DNA of 64,000 nucleotides from Giardia intestinalis (Eukaryota): NCBI GenBank assembly GCA_000002435.2, contig CM018792.1; one strand, 5' to 3'. Shown piece by piece: positions 57,556 to 64,000 of this stretch (position 1 is its first letter; each line of letters starts with the position of its first letter). The notes under the pieces were generated by a model. It saw only the letters and a program-made list of their open reading frames with translations, ran no database searches and was not told where the DNA came from. The position numbers and the translations under genes were made by a program.

Positions 57556-60500
57556 ATGCAGTCATCAAACTACACAGAGCCAAACATAGACAGTTGTGAT
57601 GAGGTCTCTATGGAGGGTGACGATAGCACTACCGAATATGTTTCGTATCGCGACGAAGAGACTTTACAAGAGTCGCGCTTTAGCACAGAGGGATATGAAG
57701 TCAGTCCCAGCCGCCAGCAGCCAGAGAGTTTATTGACATCCTTGTGCCCATATAGTGCAGCTGCGCTCGATATCTCTGGAAGCTGCGCAACCCACTCGGT
57801 AACAAACACATATCTGGACGCGCCCATGACCTCGATTCTCGAAAAACTGCAGCAAGTATCTCATGAATATTCTATACCAGAGCTACCCTTACTACTAGAT
57901 GCATATACTATGCACATTCTCGCAGAAGATAGAAGCTCTGGCTCTTATTCGGAACTCAGAGCTCTGCAGGAGGAAAACGAGGCGCTTAAACGGCAGCTTG
58001 AGGCACCATTCAATTCGCGACATACTGAAGAATTAGCACTTATAGTTGCCTTTAAGCAGGTGATGGAAGAGAAGGATAATGAGATAAGTGCCTTGAAGTT
58101 GAGACTTAGCGAGTTAAGTAGCCAGGCTATTAGCTCAAACGGTTGTGCTCCAAGTGCAGTGAAGGAGGATCCTTCTATTACTTCTGTTAACTATATCTCT
58201 CCGCCGGGTTTACTAGCAGACGAGCAGAGCTCAGCGGTGTTGCTGAGCGCCCTTGAACAACTGGCTTTTGTGCAATCTGATATCATTGGGTGGATGGATT
58301 CCATTCCGCAGCAATTTGCAGACACAGTAGCTGACCCTCTTAAGTCAAGCGTTGAGGCATTGCTCCATAGTTTGAATCTGTCATGTGAAGGCACCAATTC
58401 CATGATGGGTCTAATCGCCCTTTTGCTCGACACTGTTTCGCAGAAGCCACAAGGCGTAACTATGGAAGAAATAGCGCATGGATTTGAGCAGTATATTAGC
58501 GCGTCCAGAGCCCTGACGCAACATCTTCGGGTGTTCACGAACGTCTCAAATGCATCCTCGCCTATTCCAACGAATGCTGATGTAGAAAGGGAGATGGACG
58601 AGGCCAAGCACCTTAAAAAGATGGCAATTATGGCACTAGTAGAAGCGCAGAATGCTAGGAAGGCCATTGAGGATAAACAAAAGGAGTTGGCCACAAAGGA
58701 AGAAGAGCTCGAGGCTGCCCACGCATCTGCGTCTGCACTGCTCCAGGCCGCACAGTTAAAGCAGCCTTCTGAGATGCCGTTACCAACACCACCACTAGAA
58801 CAGACAGCGGCAAGTGACAGAGAAAATTGCAAGACGCCTACTGAGGATAACTGGGTAGAAAAAGCTGCTGAGGGTTCACTGACTGAATCTGAACAGTATT
58901 CTGGCTACCTCAAAGACATGGATGTCATTCTGGACTTGATACTCTGTATTCGAGATGCACTTTTCTCAGATAATGCTGTGCAGGCCCGGCTATCCGAAGC
59001 TTCTATTGTAGACCAATCTTACTCTAAAGATCCTCTGCAGCAATCTATTGATTCTGCATCAGCCATGCTCCTGTCTATTTTTAAGGCCCTTACTTCCGAT
59101 ATACCTGACCAACGCTCTACGCAAAGCAGCAGTGCCTCTGAGATAGATGAGGAGTGCATGCAGTCACTTGGAAAGAGGCCTACAATGGCGTCCGAAATGA
59201 TCTCAACTATCTCTAAGGTTTCTCAACAAAACCTAGAGGTTGCCGTGCCTTACACATGCGCCGCTAAGCCTGAGACAGTTAGCGAAGAGCTAGACGAGGT
59301 TATTCTATTGAAGAAGGAGCTTCTATCACGTAACGAGGTTATCCAATTAATGATACAAAAGCTTGAACAAAAGGACAGAGATATTAGTCGACTAACGCAG
59401 CAACTAACAGCCTCTGCTGATGGGCTAACACGGAGTCTCAGTGTTGAGCGCTTTGGGGAGCCCATTTCGCTAGAACCCAACAAAAGCACTGATGACTTAA
59501 TCAATGAATTTACTCTTGCCACAGACACGGCCTCTACCAGTTCTACACTAGTGAAACTACGGTTTGATGTGACGGCCAAGCTATCTATGATGGAAAAGCT
59601 GATGAATTCTCAGGGTATAACGGATAAGGGCTCTCTATTTTCACTGGTTAACCACTATCTGAGTCTAATAGAGGCGTCTGATAACCCTCAGTATGCTCTT
59701 CCTATAGATGGTGGGCTAGATAAAGCCACTGAAAAGCAGCCTCTTGACAATTTTGTGTGCTGGACTGAAGTTGAATCTCCAGTGGCTTCTATTCCAACAA
59801 ACTTCAGGGCCGCGCTGGGTCCAGCAAATGAGCATACCATTGATGAAGTAGGATATGCAGCCCTTAACTCCAGAGTTGGGAAGATGCACGAATGGCACAT
59901 TCCTATCCGCTGTGACAAAGGTACAGACCCTGACGGAGACTTTGTCGATGCCGATACACCAATCTCTACAAACCCCACTGTGGACTGGCAAACACATCAG
60001 AAGCAGCTTAGCGATTTGAAAGAACAAATTGCTCTACTCCAAGGAAAGGTTGACTCTGCAAACGAACGGGCCCATCAGGCAGAGCTTAAACTAGAGAGCG
60101 ATTCTCGATTTGTTGACACAGCCACATCTGATCTTATATCTTCCTCCATTGACAATTATAAGAGAGAAATTGAACAGAAAAATGCACGAATACATTACCT
60201 TCAAGCAGCATTGGCTGAATTTACGAGCAAAGAGACTAACAAGACACCCAATCCTGACAGTGGACTACTAGTACAACTAGAAACGATGAAGCAGCTCTTG
60301 GCAACGCAAACAGCGGATTTGAAGAAAGCAAATACAATGTTGGAGATGGAGCAAGAGAAGGCAGCGGACTTATCTGCTAAATTGGTTGCAGCCGAGTTAC
60401 TATCCAGTGAAAAGGAGGACGAATTGGCTAAACACAGATTAAATGAAGATAAATTATTAACGAAGCTTCACGAAAGTGAGGAGCGTGAACTGCTCATTGA

Positions 60501-62385
60501 GAAGCAGACAGCTGAGATAGCTGACCAACGAACAGACCTTTGTGAGCAGACTCGTGAAGTGCAACGTCTGAAGCTTTTGCTATTAGATAGAGACAGTCAA
60601 ATTCAGCGGGTAAGAGATATCAACGAACGACTTGCCGAGAATATTGCTGCTTTAAGAATAGATTTGGAACAGCAGAGACACCTTGGTGGGCCGCAGACGT
60701 CCGAGTCAAGACTCGACTCTTCATACAGGTTGACCTCACAAATCGAAGACTTGAAGCTTGATATTCAGAGGGTTCAAATGGAGCTTACCAGAATGGATAG
60801 AAGCACACAAAACGGTGCCCTGCCTGGGGAGTCTAACGATGATTCTTGGAACAGTGACTTTGTCTCTCGTGAACAGCTGATACAGATGTTAGTTGAGCGT
60901 GATATGAAGATTGCCGCAATATTAGAGGAAAAGGCATCTCAAGAAACACCCAATACCATAGAGCCATCCGACGTGCAGATCAATAAACCAAAAATACGTT
61001 CTCGCCCCCAAAGCTCCAAACGCCCGCTCCAAAACACTCAATTGTCCCAGACCCTGAAGCAGCGGCCTGTATCCTCAAGTTCAACTGCTAATCTATCTCT
61101 AACACAACACGGTAAAAAGGATGCAACAATTAATTCATTAAAGCACCAGCTAATAGCAGCAGAGAAGTCTATTTTTTCTCTAAAGCAGGAGCTGACATCT
61201 GTGAACACCAAGCTTTCACAGGCAAAGGCAGCAGAAATAGCTCTCAAGAAGCTGTTGCATGAAAAGCAGAAGGAAATAGAGGACTTGAAGATTCAGAATA
61301 CAACATTAACTCAAAGGTTGGATAAATGTGACAGGAAAGTAGCTGCTCTGGAAAGCGATAAGTGTGATTTAATGGCGAGGTTAGTCAACGCTACTGACAA
61401 CAGCGATAGCTCACCCCAGGCGCGCCTTCAAAAGCTTCTGAATTCTACGCTCAATAGCAAGGAGGAGCACTTCAGAAGTGAAGGAGGCACGGCGGGGACA
61501 GAAGCGACTGACACTACGCGCCGTGCTAAGATTGGATTCACCCCGCTGATGCACGCGATAACAACGGGCAATCCCGATGAAGTGACGTCTAATCTGGCTT
61601 ATGCCGGATACCATACAACTAACGGAACGACTGCACTAATGTTAGCAGTTGAGTATAATAACGTACAGGCCATTAAGCTATTGTCTCGGATAGAAGCACG
61701 GATGACTCGGGAAGCAGGGGAAACTGCACTTGCAATCGCTCTGGCTAAGGGTAACCTCGCAGCCGCTAAGCTCCTCACGGAAACAGAAGGTTTAAACACA
61801 AGTCACATCAGTCGAACAGGAGGAACAATAACTGAGCTCATGAAGGCGGCGGCAGATAATAATCTCGTCGCAACGTGGTGTTATCTCCCTATTCAGGGAG
61901 GTCTGCATGATCAAGATGGATGTACGGCCCTTATGCATGCTGCAAAAAAGGGAAGCGTAGGAGCTGCACGGTTACTTTGTGATAAGGAGGCAAGAGCACA
62001 GTCAAAACAAGGAGAGACTGCACTGATGTTTGCTGCGATTAACGGGTATACGGAACTGGTTAGAATGCTAAAGGACAGAGAGTGGGGGATGTATAATATT
62101 CACGGAACTACTGCGCTAATGTTCGCGGCACAGTATAATAGGCCACAAATTGTTTCTCTACTCATTGATAAAGAGGCAAGGATGCTAACAAAACGCATTC
62201 ATGAGCACGGCGCCGGGTTCTGTGCCCTAATGGCAGCGAGTCATTACGGAAACATAGAGTGCGCGAAGCTCTTGCTGCCGAAAGAAGCGGATATGAAGCA
62301 GCCAAACGGCAAGACTGCGCTGTCGTATGCCCAAAGTGATGAAATGTGGAACCTGATTAAACATTATAGAAAAGCCCAGATTTGA
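57556..62385 (+). CDS. Coiled-coil ankyrin-repeat protein, 1609 aa from first ATG: about 1000 aa coiled coil then C-terminal ankyrin repeats
   Basis: Long heptad-rich middle region (LKLRLSELSS..., EQKNARIHYLQAALAEF...). C-terminal repeats GTTALMLAVEYNNVQAIKLL and CTALMHAAKKGSVGAARLL. The ORF-track start at 57517 is TTG. Confidence 0.8.
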   Translation: MQSSNYTEPNIDSCDEVSMEGDDSTTEYVSYRDEETLQESRFSTEGYEVSPSRQQPESLLTSLCPYSAAALDISGSCATHSVTNTYLDAPMTSILEKLQQVSHEYSIPELPLLLDAYTMHILAEDRSSGSYSELRALQEENEALKRQLEAPFNSRHTEELALIVAFKQVMEEKDNEISALKLRLSELSSQAISSNGCAPSAVKEDPSITSVNYISPPGLLADEQSSAVLLSALEQLAFVQSDIIGWMDSIPQQFADTVADPLKSSVEALLHSLNLSCEGTNSMMGLIALLLDTVSQKPQGVTMEEIAHGFEQYISASRALTQHLRVFTNVSNASSPIPTNADVEREMDEAKHLKKMAIMALVEAQNARKAIEDKQKELATKEEELEAAHASASALLQAAQLKQPSEMPLPTPPLEQTAASDRENCKTPTEDNWVEKAAEGSLTESEQYSGYLKDMDVILDLILCIRDALFSDNAVQARLSEASIVDQSYSKDPLQQSIDSASAMLLSIFKALTSDIPDQRSTQSSSASEIDEECMQSLGKRPTMASEMISTISKVSQQNLEVAVPYTCAAKPETVSEELDEVILLKKELLSRNEVIQLMIQKLEQKDRDISRLTQQLTASADGLTRSLSVERFGEPISLEPNKSTDDLINEFTLATDTASTSSTLVKLRFDVTAKLSMMEKLMNSQGITDKGSLFSLVNHYLSLIEASDNPQYALPIDGGLDKATEKQPLDNFVCWTEVESPVASIPTNFRAALGPANEHTIDEVGYAALNSRVGKMHEWHIPIRCDKGTDPDGDFVDADTPISTNPTVDWQTHQKQLSDLKEQIALLQGKVDSANERAHQAELKLESDSRFVDTATSDLISSSIDNYKREIEQKNARIHYLQAALAEFTSKETNKTPNPDSGLLVQLETMKQLLATQTADLKKANTMLEMEQEKAADLSAKLVAAELLSSEKEDELAKHRLNEDKLLTKLHESEERELLIEKQTAEIADQRTDLCEQTREVQRLKLLLLDRDSQIQRVRDINERLAENIAALRIDLEQQRHLGGPQTSESRLDSSYRLTSQIEDLKLDIQRVQMELTRMDRSTQNGALPGESNDDSWNSDFVSREQLIQMLVERDMKIAAILEEKASQETPNTIEPSDVQINKPKIRSRPQSSKRPLQNTQLSQTLKQRPVSSSSTANLSLTQHGKKDATINSLKHQLIAAEKSIFSLKQELTSVNTKLSQAKAAEIALKKLLHEKQKEIEDLKIQNTTLTQRLDKCDRKVAALESDKCDLMARLVNATDNSDSSPQARLQKLLNSTLNSKEEHFRSEGGTAGTEATDTTRRAKIGFTPLMHAITTGNPDEVTSNLAYAGYHTTNGTTALMLAVEYNNVQAIKLLSRIEARMTREAGETALAIALAKGNLAAAKLLTETEGLNTSHISRTGGTITELMKAAADNNLVATWCYLPIQGGLHDQDGCTALMHAAKKGSVGAARLLCDKEARAQSKQGETALMFAAINGYTELVRMLKDREWGMYNIHGTTALMFAAQYNRPQIVSLLIDKEARMLTKRIHEHGAGFCALMAASHYGNIECAKLLLPKEADMKQPNGKTALSYAQSDEMWNLIKHYRKAQI

Positions 62386-62408
62386 AAGCTTGGTCTACAA
62401 TCAATGCT

Positions 62409-63653
62409 TTAGTAGGCTTTATTGATATTGTCAACTAAATCTTTGCTGTAATTGGCCGTTAATTCTGACAGCATTGTAGGGAAAAATTTAATCGATGTAT
62501 TATCAACTTTTAATGCTTCTGTCACGATGCTTGCTCCGTCATGCTCCTTGTTTCTTCGCCTCCATGAGACAAAAGAGTCAAGGCCAGTAACATTCTTTTG
62601 AATGTCACAATTCTTTTCCAGGGGCGCTATGTCCCTCTTTGTAATTACCTCACCCATAGCAAGCTCATCATATACCTGTATTTTATCTACTGAGCCCACT
62701 ATTTGGTGTGTCTCTCCATATGAATCCTTTTTCCGCGGTATTGCACTATTAACTGCAAACTCATGATCAATAAGCGTGCTTGCAGGTTGACGCACAAAGG
62801 ATAATCCAGTGTAAAGACTCTTGCTATTTGGATACTCTTCTAAATCTAGCCCGGCCAAATTGGTCAAAGGAGTGCACGTCGTGGTGGGTGCGTTGTTGAA
62901 CTTGTGTTCAGCGGTAACCACTGACTTGAGTGACCTAATTATTGGCCTTGCAGATCCATGGGCAACATACTTACTAAAAGGTAATAGCCTCTTCGTGGAT
63001 TCCTGAGTCATTTTGCTAGGAAAATATGCATCAGGCGATGTGCACGAGTCATTTTGTGAAGAAGGACTTTCACGTAACTTGGTCAGAAGTCGTGAAAATG
63101 GTGCTTTTCGAGTTTTAGGCCCATTTGGAGAGTCGAAGCCAGTCTCGTCAAGTACTTCTAGGGTCTTTTTTACCTCTTTATCAATAGAATCGTTTATTGC
63201 GGCTGCAGCAGCTGCTAGGGACTTCTTTTCAGCAGTGAGATAATCGCTGGGCGCTAAGCTGCCCTTTAATCTTATTAAAAGCGACGGCTTTAGAGCAGGA
63301 ACAGAAAGAGAAGTATCTGCCGAGGCCGACTGCTCAATGGTGAATTGTGTGGTGTCAGATACTCTTCGCTGTCTAATAGCGTTTTCTAAGCCTTTGGTCG
63401 GAGCCTTATTTTCAATAAAGGGCTTGCAGGGGCCTTTCTGTCGCAGCATAGCTACACTCTTCTTCCACTCTGCTGGCGGTTCTTGCGGGTTTAGCAAACG
63501 AAGGATGTCTGTCGAAAGGTCTGCGGACATCTGGGATATCTCGGATTGTATTGGAGGCGCGCTTGGTGATGCTGCTTTAGGGGATGCAAGAGAGCTTTTC
63601 AGTTTCCTTCCTACCGTTCTAAGAAGCTGTAGTGTCACAGGAGGAGACTCCAT
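62409..63653 (-). CDS. Hypothetical Ser/Pro-rich protein, 414 aa
   Basis: ATG ORF convergent with the upstream ankyrin gene, 23 bp between stops. No motif recognised. Confidence 0.55.
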   Translation of the reverse strand: MESPPVTLQLLRTVGRKLKSSLASPKAASPSAPPIQSEISQMSADLSTDILRLLNPQEPPAEWKKSVAMLRQKGPCKPFIENKAPTKGLENAIRQRRVSDTTQFTIEQSASADTSLSVPALKPSLLIRLKGSLAPSDYLTAEKKSLAAAAAAINDSIDKEVKKTLEVLDETGFDSPNGPKTRKAPFSRLLTKLRESPSSQNDSCTSPDAYFPSKMTQESTKRLLPFSKYVAHGSARPIIRSLKSVVTAEHKFNNAPTTTCTPLTNLAGLDLEEYPNSKSLYTGLSFVRQPASTLIDHEFAVNSAIPRKKDSYGETHQIVGSVDKIQVYDELAMGEVITKRDIAPLEKNCDIQKNVTGLDSFVSWRRRNKEHDGASIVTEALKVDNTSIKFFPTMLSELTANYSKDLVDNINKAY

Positions 63654-63826
63654 AGAGTCTGGAGGAAAGGAAATGCCGCGTGTTTTTTACCAATCTCGCG
63701 GAGAAGGAAGTGGTAGATCAGCAATAGTTATTCACTTTATGCACCACATGATTGACTTCTAATCTTCTTCAAGCGTGCCAAGCAAGAAGAAATAAGCATA
63801 ATGTGCCGCAAAATGCAGGATACAGG

Positions 63827-64000
63827 CTATTCTGGAATTATATCTGTATGGATCATCAGATAACCATTGAGTTCCTGCATAGCACAGGTGAACTGCTCAT
63901 CAACGTTCTGGTTATCTCCTAATGGATCCACCTTTGCTTCTGGGGCAGGAAGAGAATCCGAAGATATCACTTTGGGGGCATCCTCCTTATCGAGTGCGGG
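63827..64000 (-). CDS. 3' end of a gene whose start lies beyond the window end (partial)
   Basis: Minus-strand frame open from the window end down to the stop at 63827-63829 (...MIHTDIIPE*). Only 58 codons are visible. Confidence 0.3.
   Translation of the reverse strand, partial: PALDKEDAPKVISSDSLPAPEAKVDPLGDNQNVDEQFTCAMQELNGYLMIHTDIIPE

Noticed and set aside
1-64000. CRISPR arrays, tandem satellite repeats, LTRs
   Set aside because: I saw no regularly spaced direct repeats or long terminal repeats when reading the sequence. The only repeats found are the 10-bp flanking direct repeat and the 104-bp island fragment.

Overview
This 64-kb window is gene-dense and apparently intron-free, with genes on both strands and very short intergenic spacers. 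Most start codons sit in A-rich contexts (e.g. 'aaaATG'), and several stop codons carry AGTRAAY-type poly(A) signals, as expected for Giardia. About 35 protein genes are present.

I inferred their identities from the translations, as follows:
- an NFACT-domain NEMF/Rqc2 protein (5' part only)
- cysteinyl-tRNA synthetase
- DRG GTPase
- EB1
- ribosomal proteins L32e and L34e
- a TRAPP sedlin-like subunit
- a NEK kinase
- an SPX-EXS protein
- a 1335-aa high-cysteine membrane protein (VSP-like)
- RFC1
- protein disulfide isomerase
- nucleoside diphosphate kinase
- an amino-acid-transporter-like permease
- a CDK-like kinase
- the XPB helicase
- Snu13/NHP2 (L7Ae)
- a macro-domain protein
- two tandem ankyrin-repeat proteins
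- several large orphan proteins

This gene set, together with the many CXXC/GGCY cysteine-rich proteins and EGF-like repeats, points to a Giardia-like diplomonad genome. That is an inference from gene content and start/stop contexts; no database search was possible.

One tRNA-Cys (anticodon GCA) lies 26 bp upstream of the cysteinyl-tRNA synthetase gene on the same strand.

The standout feature is a 4,174-bp, roughly 72% GC island at 741-4914. It is bounded exactly by a 10-bp direct repeat, GCAGATCAAG (731-740 and 4915-4924). It carries two tandem minus-strand ORFs of 772 and 524 aa whose third codon positions are almost all G or C. It splits a small secreted cysteine-containing protein gene in frame. 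A 104-bp, about 93%-identical fragment of the island's second ORF sits in an intergenic region at 45265-45368. Together these indicate a repeated, probably mobile, element family that I could not assign to any known class.
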